This document shows, piece by piece, positions 1-7,613 of a stretch of 26,395 bases of DNA. Position 1 is the stretch's first letter. Each line of letters opens with the position of its first letter. A program made the position numbers and the translations under genes. The notes below the pieces were generated by a model. That model saw only the letters and a list, made by a program, of their open reading frames with translations. It ran no database searches and was not told the DNA's origin. The stretch is from a virus (lineage: Duplodnaviria > Caudoviricetes). The DNA lies in the IMG/VR virus record IMGVR_UViG_3300031519_000186, positions 1 to 26,395 of that record; one strand, given 5' to 3'.

Positions 1-107
1 AGGGGCAGGGCTGTTAAAGAAGGGTCAAGACGGTGGGACACAAGAACAAATGCATCTCCGCAAACAATTAAAAAATCAAGGCGCAGTGAGCGCAAAAGGA
101 TGAGGTA

Positions 108-257
108 ATGGCTAATGGATTATATGCGAACATGAACGCACGTAAGAAAAAGGGAACAAGTAGATCTAAGAAGGATTCTACTATTAGCGACAAGGCTTAT
201 AAAAATATGAAAGCTGGCTTCCCTAAGAAGAAAACTTTATTAAAAAAGGATAAATAA
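108..257 (+). CDS. small Lys-rich phage protein (49 aa, MANGLYANMNARKKKG...)
   Basis: Read manually, not in the ORF track. ATG at 108 with AAAGGA upstream; TAA at 255-257 overlaps the next ATG (TAATG). 16 of 49 residues are K/R. The GLYAN motif is recalled from small marine phage proteins. Confidence 0.75.
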   Translation: MANGLYANMNARKKKGTSRSKKDSTISDKAYKNMKAGFPKKKTLLKKDK

Positions 258-436
258 TGGCTTGGATATTTAAGAATGGTGACGCATATACAGGTGGCAC
301 ACACGAATTAATGGGCAATACTTACTCTGGAAAGACGCGTACTCGCGATTCTAAGCCTCTGCTGTGGGTAGCAGATGCACCAGTACCAAAGAAACCCCGC
401 AAAAAACGTCCTACTCCATACAAAAAGGTAGACTAA
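257..436 (+). CDS. small basic phage protein (59 aa, MAWIFKNGDAYTGGTHELMG...)
   Basis: Read manually. Coupled to the previous ORF by TAATG, with AAGGA upstream and a Pro/Lys-rich C-terminus. Confidence 0.7.
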   Translation: MAWIFKNGDAYTGGTHELMGNTYSGKTRTRDSKPLLWVADAPVPKKPRKKRPTPYKKVD

Positions 437-438
437 CA

Positions 439-633
439 TTGAGTTTTCTTAATGCATTGACACAGCCAGAGCGCGATGCGTTGCGTAGAATCGTGCGAAT
501 AGTACATATGAAGCACCATCCTAAAGATTTTCAAACTGATTACGAAGCTGATAAGATGATTGAAGCTATTGGCCCAGAAATTGCAGGAAGAATGATTAAA
601 GTTGGCATAGATAATAAGATATTAGATAAGTGA
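439..633 (+). CDS. hypothetical phage protein (64 aa, MSFLNALTQPERDALRRIV...)
   Basis: Same frame as track ORF 364..633. The TTG at 439, just after the stop at 436 and downstream of AAGGT, avoids a long overlap with 257..436. Confidence 0.7.
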   Translation: MSFLNALTQPERDALRRIVRIVHMKHHPKDFQTDYEADKMIEAIGPEIAGRMIKVGIDNKILDK

Positions 634-645
634 AAGTTTAAAACA

Positions 646-975
646 ATGGCTGATTTAATTCCATTTGATCCAAAAAAGCATAAACCAATTAAAACTGTTG
701 GGGGTAAAAGTGCTACTGAATATTTAGCCAGTGAGGAATCTCCAGAGGGTAAAGCTTGGAATATTCCTCAAATATGGTTTGACTCTAAAAATGGAAAGCC
801 AAAGTTTCTTAAAGGTGATAAGGCTTGGGATGAAGCTAAGTCATATGAAGATAGAACTGGTAAAAAGTTTCCCAGATATGAAACAATAAATGATGCCGTT
901 AACGCAGCTAAAACTAGAAGCAAAAAAGGTGGCGCAACAAAAAAGAGCTTATTGACGACAGATGATAGATTTTAA
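646..975 (+). CDS. hypothetical basic protein (109 aa)
   Basis: ORF fills the gap before terminase and overlaps its start by 14 nt. No family recognised. Confidence 0.65.
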   Translation: MADLIPFDPKKHKPIKTVGGKSATEYLASEESPEGKAWNIPQIWFDSKNGKPKFLKGDKAWDEAKSYEDRTGKKFPRYETINDAVNAAKTRSKKGGATKKSLLTTDDRF

Positions 976-2485
976 ATACAGGCCAGATGGCGAAGTTGTT
1001 AAAGCGTTTATGAAAGACGACACGTTCTTTCGTGGTATTCGTGGGCCTGTTGGTTCTGGCAAGTCAGTGTCCTGTTGTGTAGAAATTTTTAGACGCGCAC
1101 TAGCGCAAGAGCCTAATAAGCAAGGCATACGCCGCAGCAGATGGGCAATTATCCGTAATACAAACCCACAGTTAAAGACTACAACCATAAAAACTTGGCT
1201 CGATTGGTTCCCAGAGGAGACATGGGGTAGGTTTACTTGGTCAGTTCCCTATACACATATGATAAAAAAAGGCGATCTTGAGCTTGAAGTCCTCTTCTTA
1301 GCACTTGATAGGCCAGAAGATGTTAAGAAATTGCTGTCTTTAGAGCTGACAGGCATATGGGTTAACGAAGCTAGAGAGATTCCTAAGTCAATTATTGATG
1401 CATGTACCATGCGTGTAGGTCGTTTCCCCTCTATGCGTGATGGTGGCGCTACTTGGACAGGCGTTATCTGCGATACTAACGCACCAGAAGAGGATCATTG
1501 GTGGCCTATTATGTCTGGCGAAGTGCCAGTACCCGACCACATACCTCGTGAACAGGCTAAGATGTTAGTAAAACCTGACAACTGGTCGTTTTATACCCAA
1601 CCTAGTGGCATGATAGAGAAGCATGACGAGAGTGGTGAGATAGATGACTATGTGCCTAACGATGTTGCAGAGAATAAAGAGTATATGCGTGAGGATTACT
1701 ACCCAAATTTGATACGAGGTAAGACAAAAAGCTGGATTGACGTGTATGTTATGAACAAATTAGGTTCAATCCAAGAGGGTAAACCTATCTATCAGATGTT
1801 TGCTAGTGATGTGCATGTAGCAAAAGAAGAAATACCCATCGCTGCTGGCTCTCCCCTATACATTGGTATAGATTTTGGCCTTACTCCTGCCGCTACAATG
1901 GGGCAAAAGGTACGCGGAAGGTGGTTAATACAGCAAGAGATCGTTGCATTTGACATGGGTATCGTTAGATTTGCAGAGGTATTACGCCAAGAGATAGCAA
2001 CTAGGTTCTCTACATGCTCTGAAGTATTTATATATGGCGACCCTGCTGGTGATTTCCGCGCACAAACTGATGAATCAACGCCGTTTCACATACTACGTGG
2101 TGCTGGATTGCGTGCTTTCCCTGCCCCTTCTAACTCTGTTGACCTAAGATTAGAGAGTGTTGCATCTCAGTTACACAAAATGGCAGACGGAAAGCCAGCA
2201 TTTCTTATAGATCCGCGCTGTCAGCAGCTAATAAAAGGCTTTGAAGGTGGGTATCAGTACAGACGTATGGAGGTTTCGGGCGAAAGATACGCCGATAAGC
2301 CTGATAAAAATATGTTTTCACACGTACATGATGCATTACAGTACCAGATGTTAGGTGCTGGAGAAGGCAGAGCCTTAATAAACAACCAGAAACCAGCCAA
2401 TCCAACAGTAGCAAAGTCTTCATTTAATGTATTTGATAACAGAAAGAAGGCTCAACGCAGACAAGGGTTGTGGTCAAGACTCTAA
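962..2485 (+). CDS. terL: terminase large subunit
   Basis: Walker A GPVGSGKS, Walker B-like GIWVNEARE, coupling motif DTN, and RNase H-like nuclease motifs IGIDFG and HVHDALQY. Lies upstream of the portal. Confidence 0.95.
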   Translation: MIDFKYRPDGEVVKAFMKDDTFFRGIRGPVGSGKSVSCCVEIFRRALAQEPNKQGIRRSRWAIIRNTNPQLKTTTIKTWLDWFPEETWGRFTWSVPYTHMIKKGDLELEVLFLALDRPEDVKKLLSLELTGIWVNEAREIPKSIIDACTMRVGRFPSMRDGGATWTGVICDTNAPEEDHWWPIMSGEVPVPDHIPREQAKMLVKPDNWSFYTQPSGMIEKHDESGEIDDYVPNDVAENKEYMREDYYPNLIRGKTKSWIDVYVMNKLGSIQEGKPIYQMFASDVHVAKEEIPIAAGSPLYIGIDFGLTPAATMGQKVRGRWLIQQEIVAFDMGIVRFAEVLRQEIATRFSTCSEVFIYGDPAGDFRAQTDESTPFHILRGAGLRAFPAPSNSVDLRLESVASQLHKMADGKPAFLIDPRCQQLIKGFEGGYQYRRMEVSGERYADKPDKNMFSHVHDALQYQMLGAGEGRALINNQKPANPTVAKSSFNVFDNRKKAQRRQGLWSRL

Positions 2486-2486
2486 A

Positions 2487-2496
2487 TTGTGCATTG
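2487..2496 (+). promoter_or_regulatory. putative late-promoter motif TTGTGCATTG (copy 1)
   Basis: Intergenic, 51 nt upstream of ATG 2548. Matches the motif at 5756 and 17632. Confidence 0.5.
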
Positions 2497-2547
2497 AAAA
2501 CTTTTTCTTTCTGTGCCAACCAATGTAAAACAACTAAGGAGATTTAT

Positions 2548-2784
2548 ATGTGTTTAGGCCCAAGCAGTAGCGAGAAAAGAGCAGCAGCGCGATCAGCAGC
2601 AGAAGCTAGAATTGCAGCAGAAGATAGAAAGCGCAAAGAAATAGAAGCAAAAGCTGAAAGAAAACGTGAAGATATTGGTGAAGCAGTAGAATCTGGTACA
2701 GAAGAAAGAGGAATGAAGGGTGGCTCTGGTCGTCGATCACTCTTTCAAGCATCAGGTGGTGGGTTTTTGGGGCGATATAGCTAA
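2548..2784 (+). CDS. small virion protein upstream of portal (T7 gp6.7/gp7.3-like position)
   Basis: AAGGAG RBS before ATG 2548, a better start than 2470. MC- N-terminus as in T7 gp6.7, a charged helix and a Gly-rich tail. TAATG overlap with the portal gene. Confidence 0.7.
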   Translation: MCLGPSSSEKRAAARSAAEARIAAEDRKRKEIEAKAERKREDIGEAVESGTEERGMKGGSGRRSLFQASGGGFLGRYS

Positions 2785-4337
2785 TGGACAAAACAGCCAA
2801 GCAGTACATACAAAAGTATGAGAAAGCCAAGTCCTTTCGCGAGAACTGGGTTCCGTTATTTGAGGAGTGCTACGAATTTGCGTTGCCTCAACGTGAAAGT
2901 TTTTATGCTGAGACTGCTGGGCAAAGACGCGATGACCGCATATTTGATGAGACTGCGGTGGTTGGTGTTCAAGAGTTTGCTAGTCGCCTCCAATCTGGGC
3001 TTGTTCCTAATTTTGCTAGGTGGGCTGACCTCATGGCTGGTAGTGAGGTTCCTCCAAATCAGCGTGAATCGGTTGATAACGAGCTTGATGAAGTAACAGA
3101 ATACGTCTTTGAGATACTACAAAACTCTAATTTTAGCCAAGAAGTACACGAATCTTTTATGGATTTAGCCGTTGGTACTGGTGTTTTGTGCGTAGAAGAA
3201 GGCGATGCCCTCAATCCTGTCAACTTCTCTGCCATTCCGTTGCCTCATGTAGTCCTAGATACTGGGCCTGATGATAGAATTGACCACGTTTTCCGTGAAA
3301 GGAAGGGTGTAAAGTACGATCACCTATCATTAATGTACCCAAATGGTACGCTAGATCCTAAAGTTATGAACTATATGGGTTCGGATAAGACAACAACTGT
3401 GCTTGAAGTCGTATGCAGAGACTATTCTGTAAAGAATGAAGAAGCTTATCTAAGCTATGCGTTCTGTATGACTACAAATACTGTACTAAACTACAAGCAA
3501 ATGAAAGGTAATGGGTCAAATCCGTTCATATGTTTCCGTTGGTCTAAGTGTGCTGGCGAAGTTTATGGTCGCGGCCCGCTAATTAACGCTTTGTCTGCTA
3601 TAAAAACTACAAACCTTACCATTGAAATGATACTTGAGAACGCGCAGATGTCTATCTCTGGCATATACCAAATGGAAGATGACGGCGTTATTAATCCAGA
3701 CACAATACAGTTAGTCCCAGGATCTATCATCCCGAAAGCTATGGGATCAAGCGGATTGCAGCCTATTCGTGCAGCAGGAAACTTTGATGTAGCACAGTTA
3801 GTGCTTGGTGATATGCGCCAAAACATAAAACGTGCGCTATATAACGACATGCTTGGCAACCCAGACAAAACACCAGCGTCAGCAACGGAAGTAGCAGAGC
3901 GCATGGCAGATCTTTCTAGGCGCATGGGGGCTGCTTTCGGTAGGTTACAAGCTGAATTAGTCCAACCAGTGCTACAGCGCGTTATTTACATCCTCAAGAA
4001 GCAAGGACGTATTGATGTACCTACTGTGAATGGGCGTGAAGTTAAGATACGTTCCGTTTCTCCGCTAGCTCAAGCGCAATCTAACCAAGATATTTCTAGT
4101 GTTGGTCGCTTCCTTGAGATGGTTGGTTCTACGTTTGGGCCAGAGATGTTGCAGTTACTTATTGATGGTGAGAAAACAGCCATACATCTAGCTAAAAAGT
4201 TTGGCGTTCCTGAAAGCTTGATTCGAGATGAAGAACAGCGTAAACAAATAGCTGCATTAGCGCAACAAATGGCGCAACAACAAGCGCAACAACAAGCGCA
4301 ACAACAACAGGGTGAAATGGTTGAGCAACAAGGTTAA
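2784..4337 (+). CDS. portal protein (head-to-tail connector, T7 gp8/BPP-1-like)
   Basis: 517 aa with motifs RWSK..GEVYGRGP, TPASATEV.ER, GRLQAELVQP and SPLAQAQ, plus a Gln-rich C-terminus. Confidence 0.93.
   Translation: MDKTAKQYIQKYEKAKSFRENWVPLFEECYEFALPQRESFYAETAGQRRDDRIFDETAVVGVQEFASRLQSGLVPNFARWADLMAGSEVPPNQRESVDNELDEVTEYVFEILQNSNFSQEVHESFMDLAVGTGVLCVEEGDALNPVNFSAIPLPHVVLDTGPDDRIDHVFRERKGVKYDHLSLMYPNGTLDPKVMNYMGSDKTTTVLEVVCRDYSVKNEEAYLSYAFCMTTNTVLNYKQMKGNGSNPFICFRWSKCAGEVYGRGPLINALSAIKTTNLTIEMILENAQMSISGIYQMEDDGVINPDTIQLVPGSIIPKAMGSSGLQPIRAAGNFDVAQLVLGDMRQNIKRALYNDMLGNPDKTPASATEVAERMADLSRRMGAAFGRLQAELVQPVLQRVIYILKKQGRIDVPTVNGREVKIRSVSPLAQAQSNQDISSVGRFLEMVGSTFGPEMLQLLIDGEKTAIHLAKKFGVPESLIRDEEQRKQIAALAQQMAQQQAQQQAQQQQGEMVEQQG
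4260..4307 (+). repeat. 12-bp tandem repeat GCGCAACAACAA x4 (first copy imperfect) encoding AQQQ in the portal tail
   Basis: Seen directly at 4260, 4272, 4284 and 4296. Confidence 0.9.
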
Positions 4338-4581
4338 TATTGGAGTCGATGGTTATCAGAGAGCTACAAGTCAAGATCTTCAGATAAGCCAAAATATTGC
4401 TGAAACATTTAGCACCCCTGCTGGTGAGGCTGTCTTAAAGTATTTGCGCTCCGTTACTATAGAAATGGTACATGGGCCTAATGTGACCACAGAAGAATTA
4501 CGACACCATGAAGGTCAGCGCTATATCGTTGGCTTACTAGAGCGTCGAGTATCACATGCACACAGGAGTAAAAACAAATGA
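4312..4581 (+). CDS. conserved small protein between portal and scaffold (Bbp19-like)
   Basis: Motifs F.TPAG..VL.YL and EGQR.IV plus synteny. The start could alternatively be TTG 4321. Confidence 0.75.
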   Translation: MKWLSNKVNIGVDGYQRATSQDLQISQNIAETFSTPAGEAVLKYLRSVTIEMVHGPNVTTEELRHHEGQRYIVGLLERRVSHAHRSKNK

Positions 4582-5309
4582 ATGAGATTTTAGCAGAATC
4601 AGAACAATCTACACATGGCGAAACAGCAGAGCGTGACTTTGTAGTTGCTGAAGATTCAGCACCAGAAAGACCAGAGTGGCTACCAGAAAAATACAAGAGT
4701 GGTGAAGATTTGGCTAAAGCGTATAAAGAGCTAGAATCTAAACTAGGTACTAAAGAAGAAGATCTGCGCGCACAGTTTAAAGAAGAGTTTGATTCAACTA
4801 AAAATGCTGATCGCCCTGCAACTTCTGGCGAATATGCATTGCCAGATTTTGTAGATGATGAAGCCGCTGTTGATAATGAGTTACTCAAGTGGTGGTCAGA
4901 GCAATCCTTTGAAAATGGATTTGGTCAAGACAAATTTGAAAAAGGTATTGAGATGTACCTTCAGACCATTGAGGGTTCTGCTCCCGACCTTGATGCTGAA
5001 GCTGCAAAGTTGGGGGAGAACGCAGATCAACGCATTGAGTCAGCTTCAATGTTTGCTACTAAGTTCTTCCCCAGCGAAACTATGCCAGCTATAGAGCGTT
5101 TATTTGAAACGCACGAAGGTATTATAGCTATGGAAGCAATCCAAGAAGCTATGAAAGATGGCACATTTACTGGAGAAGCTAATCCAGCGGCTGGTTTATC
5201 TGAAGATAGTTTAAAGGAAATGATGCAAGATCCTCGCTATTGGAGCAAGAATGACCCTGCATTTGTTCGGCAAGTAGAGGCTGGCTTTAAGAAACTTTAT
5301 GGAAGCTAA
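4578..5309 (+). CDS. capsid assembly scaffolding protein
   Basis: Acidic, with RPEWLPEKY...EDLAKAYKELESKLG typical of T7 gp9-like scaffolds and a C-terminal DPRYW...DPAF. Lies between portal and capsid genes. Confidence 0.85.
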   Translation: MNEILAESEQSTHGETAERDFVVAEDSAPERPEWLPEKYKSGEDLAKAYKELESKLGTKEEDLRAQFKEEFDSTKNADRPATSGEYALPDFVDDEAAVDNELLKWWSEQSFENGFGQDKFEKGIEMYLQTIEGSAPDLDAEAAKLGENADQRIESASMFATKFFPSETMPAIERLFETHEGIIAMEAIQEAMKDGTFTGEANPAAGLSEDSLKEMMQDPRYWSKNDPAFVRQVEAGFKKLYGS

Positions 5310-5820
5310 GATAATAAAGCGTGGTAACTTTTACCTTACGCCCTTTACAAAAGACCATGTTGAAGAAGTAATTAAAAACTTGAGTCCAGAAAATGTCAGG
5401 GAGATAAATCTCCTTGGCTACAATAATGTTAAAGAGTGCATAGAAGAGATGATGCATCATGCTGATTGCTACTTAGTACGCAAGGATGGAGAAGTATTTA
5501 CTGCTATATCTGGGCTTTGGTACGAATCTGGAGTAGAAACGCCACAGTTTTTTGCTATGTTTTCTAAGAATATTAAAGAAAACTTTACTTCTATGGCGCG
5601 TGGATCACGCATGTTAGTTAATTTTTTTGATAGATCACAAAGCGAAATGTCTATGCGTATATTGGGTGAACACCAGTTTATGTTGGATTGGGCTTCATGG
5701 TTAGGATTTGAAGCGGTGGGTATAACTCAGTTTAATTCTAATCATTATGTTGATTTTGTGCGTTGCATTACCCCACAAAAAAGTGCTTATAGTGAAACAT
5801 CACGGCCCGTGATGCACTGA
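5299..5820 (+). CDS. GNAT-fold, T7 gp13/DUF2833-like virion assembly protein
   Basis: 173 aa. The N-terminal L...N.REI segment and C-terminal H...LDW..WLGFE resemble gp13-like acetyltransferase-fold proteins. Confidence 0.55.
   Translation: MEAKIIKRGNFYLTPFTKDHVEEVIKNLSPENVREINLLGYNNVKECIEEMMHHADCYLVRKDGEVFTAISGLWYESGVETPQFFAMFSKNIKENFTSMARGSRMLVNFFDRSQSEMSMRILGEHQFMLDWASWLGFEAVGITQFNSNHYVDFVRCITPQKSAYSETSRPVMH
5756..5793 (+). promoter_or_regulatory. putative late promoter for capsid (TTGTGCGTTG plus downstream TATAGT)
   Basis: Motif at 5756-5765 and a -10-like TATAGT at 5788-5793, 105 nt upstream of the capsid ATG. Confidence 0.55.
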
Positions 5821-5866
5821 AAGGCCCATTTGGATACCCTTGTCGATGTGAAGGAACGGATACCCG
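5798..5866 (+). promoter_or_regulatory. structured 5' leader of capsid mRNA (nested stems with a repeated internal loop; overlapping 17-bp palindrome)
   Basis: CGG-C-CCGT (5803-5810) pairs with ACGG-ATAC-CCG (5856-5866). AAGG-C-CC (5821-5827) pairs with GG-ATAC-CCTT (5832-5841). CATCACGG-C-CCGTGATG at 5798-5814 is a perfect inverted repeat. Confidence 0.6.
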
Positions 5867-5898
5867 AGTAACCGAAACTTTATATTTAGGAAAAGAAA

Positions 5899-6708
5899 AT
5901 GGCTAATACTATCGACCAAGCTTTTATTAAGCAGTTCGAAACAGAAGTCCATATGGCTTATCAGCGTATGGGTTCTAAGCTTCGAAACACAATTCGTTCA
6001 ACAAACGTATCTGCATCAGTAGCAAGATTCCAAAAAATCGGTACTGGTACTGCGTCAACTAAATCACGTAACGGTAATGTTACGCCGATGGAACTAGCGC
6101 ACACTAATGTAGAAGTCACAATGGCTGACTACTATGCTGCGGAATACATCGACAAGTTAGATGAATTAAAAACAAACATTAATGAGCGTCAAGTTGTAGC
6201 TCAATCTGCTGCTGCCGCACTAGGCCGTAAAACAGATGAGTTAATTACAGCGGCATTAGATGCTGGTGCAAGTAGCACGCAAATACATGACGCAAGTTCT
6301 GCTCTTGAAAAAGCTGACTTGCTTTCATTATTTGAAACAATGGGTACTGCAGATGTTCCAGAAGACGGACAGCGTTATCTTGCTATGTCACCTGCTGGCT
6401 ATACTGATTTGTTTGCAATTAATGAATTTGCTTCATCAGACTACGTTGGGCCTCAAAACCTTCCGTTTGCTGGTGGCATGACAATGAAAGAGTTCTTAGG
6501 ATTTAAGATCTTCTCAACGTCTGCCGTAGCTGGTGGTAAAAACTTTGCTTACCACACATCAGCAGTTGGTATCGGAATTAACTCTGATGTTAGCACTGAA
6601 GTAAATTATGTACCTGAAAAGGTATCTCACTTAGCGACTTCAATGATGTCAATGGGATCAATCGTAATTGATGCTAATGGTGTATATGAAGTCCTAGACA
6701 ATAACTAA
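5899..6708 (+). CDS. major capsid protein (HK97 fold, BPP-1-like podovirus type)
   Basis: N-terminus TIDQAFIKQF..EVH.AYQ..GSKLR, plus AAAALGRKTD and FLGFKI. AGGA RBS; follows the scaffold gene. Confidence 0.92.
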   Translation: MANTIDQAFIKQFETEVHMAYQRMGSKLRNTIRSTNVSASVARFQKIGTGTASTKSRNGNVTPMELAHTNVEVTMADYYAAEYIDKLDELKTNINERQVVAQSAAAALGRKTDELITAALDAGASSTQIHDASSALEKADLLSLFETMGTADVPEDGQRYLAMSPAGYTDLFAINEFASSDYVGPQNLPFAGGMTMKEFLGFKIFSTSAVAGGKNFAYHTSAVGIGINSDVSTEVNYVPEKVSHLATSMMSMGSIVIDANGVYEVLDNN

Positions 6709-6720
6709 GGAGAATAAAAC

Positions 6721-6984
6721 ATGGCTTTTAATGCAGCTAACTTAACTCGTTTGTCTGGTGCATCTGGTGTTTCTTTATGGCACTATACATCAGCTGACTC
6801 GATTGCTACAGTAAACACTGCTGGTTACTTTAACGCAGCAAGTAACATGATGAATATTCGTGATGTTGTTCTTATTGTAGATTCAAACACGCCAACAACA
6901 AATCTTGCAAGTGTACTTACAAATGCAAGTGGCACTGTAGACATTTCTAATGGTACTGCCATTGTAGAAACTGACTCAGATTAA
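6721..6984 (+). CDS. putative capsid cement/decoration protein
   Basis: 87 aa, Ala/Ser/Thr- and beta-rich. Strong AAGGAG RBS, between the capsid gene and the terminator, so probably highly expressed. Confidence 0.6.
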   Translation: MAFNAANLTRLSGASGVSLWHYTSADSIATVNTAGYFNAASNMMNIRDVVLIVDSNTPTTNLASVLTNASGTVDISNGTAIVETDSD

Positions 6985-6990
6985 TAAGTT

Positions 6991-7010
6991 AGGGGGCTTC
7001 GGCCCCCTTT
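6991..7010 (+). terminator. rho-independent terminator after the capsid operon
   Basis: AGGGGGC-TTCG-GCCCCCT followed by TTCACTTCT; cUUCGg tetraloop; position analogous to T7 Tphi. Confidence 0.85.
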
Positions 7011-7034
7011 CACTTCTATATATAGGGTAATTAA

Positions 7035-7613
7035 ATGCCAGCAAATACAGCAATAAAAGTATGTTCACGCGCTTCTATTTTAATGGGAGGCTCCCCTATT
7101 ACAGCTTTTGATCAAGGTACGGCTGAAGCTGATGTGGTTGACGCAATGTATGAAGATATAGCAAGAGCTTCTTTAACCAGCACACGCTGGAGGTTTGCTA
7201 CAACGCAAGCTGTTTTAACTAAATTAAGTGACGCACCTACAAGTAGATATGACTCTTCGTATCAAATGCCATCAAATTTACTTATGCTTAGTGCAGTTAC
7301 AGTAAATGATTATCCAGTATTATATGATACATATGGCGATAAAGTTTACTGCAATATGACATCAAATGATGTTGTTGTTGCAGATTATATAATTAGAGCT
7401 GATGAGGCTGACTGGCCTTCTTATTTTACATTAGCTGTAGAGTTTCAAGTAGCTTCAATGCTGTCTGTATCTATTGCAAGGGATGCATCGTTAGCAAGCT
7501 TAATGGATCAACAGGCTGAGCGGCAAATGATAAAAGCCAGAAGGCTAGACTCCCAGCAACAAACTACACGTAAGTTGCAAACCTCAAGGTTTATAGCGCA
7601 AAGGCGTAGCTAA
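7035..7613 (+). CDS. tail tubular protein A (adaptor, T7 gp11-like)
   Basis: 192 aa with CSRASILMG..PI, WRFAT, Y.Y..P and WPSYF motifs; synteny. Confidence 0.85.
   Translation: MPANTAIKVCSRASILMGGSPITAFDQGTAEADVVDAMYEDIARASLTSTRWRFATTQAVLTKLSDAPTSRYDSSYQMPSNLLMLSAVTVNDYPVLYDTYGDKVYCNMTSNDVVVADYIIRADEADWPSYFTLAVEFQVASMLSVSIARDASLASLMDQQAERQMIKARRLDSQQQTTRKLQTSRFIAQRRS

Noticed and set aside
364-438. N-terminal extension of track ORF 364..633
   Set aside because: It overlaps the better-supported ORF 257..436; TTG 439 is the more plausible start.
1355-1378. Walker B reading WVNE rather than hhhhDE, suggesting an inactive terminase
   Set aside because: The catalytic Glu is retained, the other motifs are intact, and I recall this variant in related terminases.
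2470-2547. Track start at 2470 for the pre-portal gene
   Set aside because: This region holds the terminase stop and the promoter-like motif; the RBS supports ATG 2548.
4260-4307. Portal AQQQ repeat as a phase-variation locus
   Set aside because: The 12-bp unit keeps the frame, and Gln-rich tails are ordinary for this portal type.
6660-6720. T7 10A/10B-style frameshift extension of the capsid protein
   Set aside because: No convincing slippery sequence near the stop, and the next gene has its own strong RBS.
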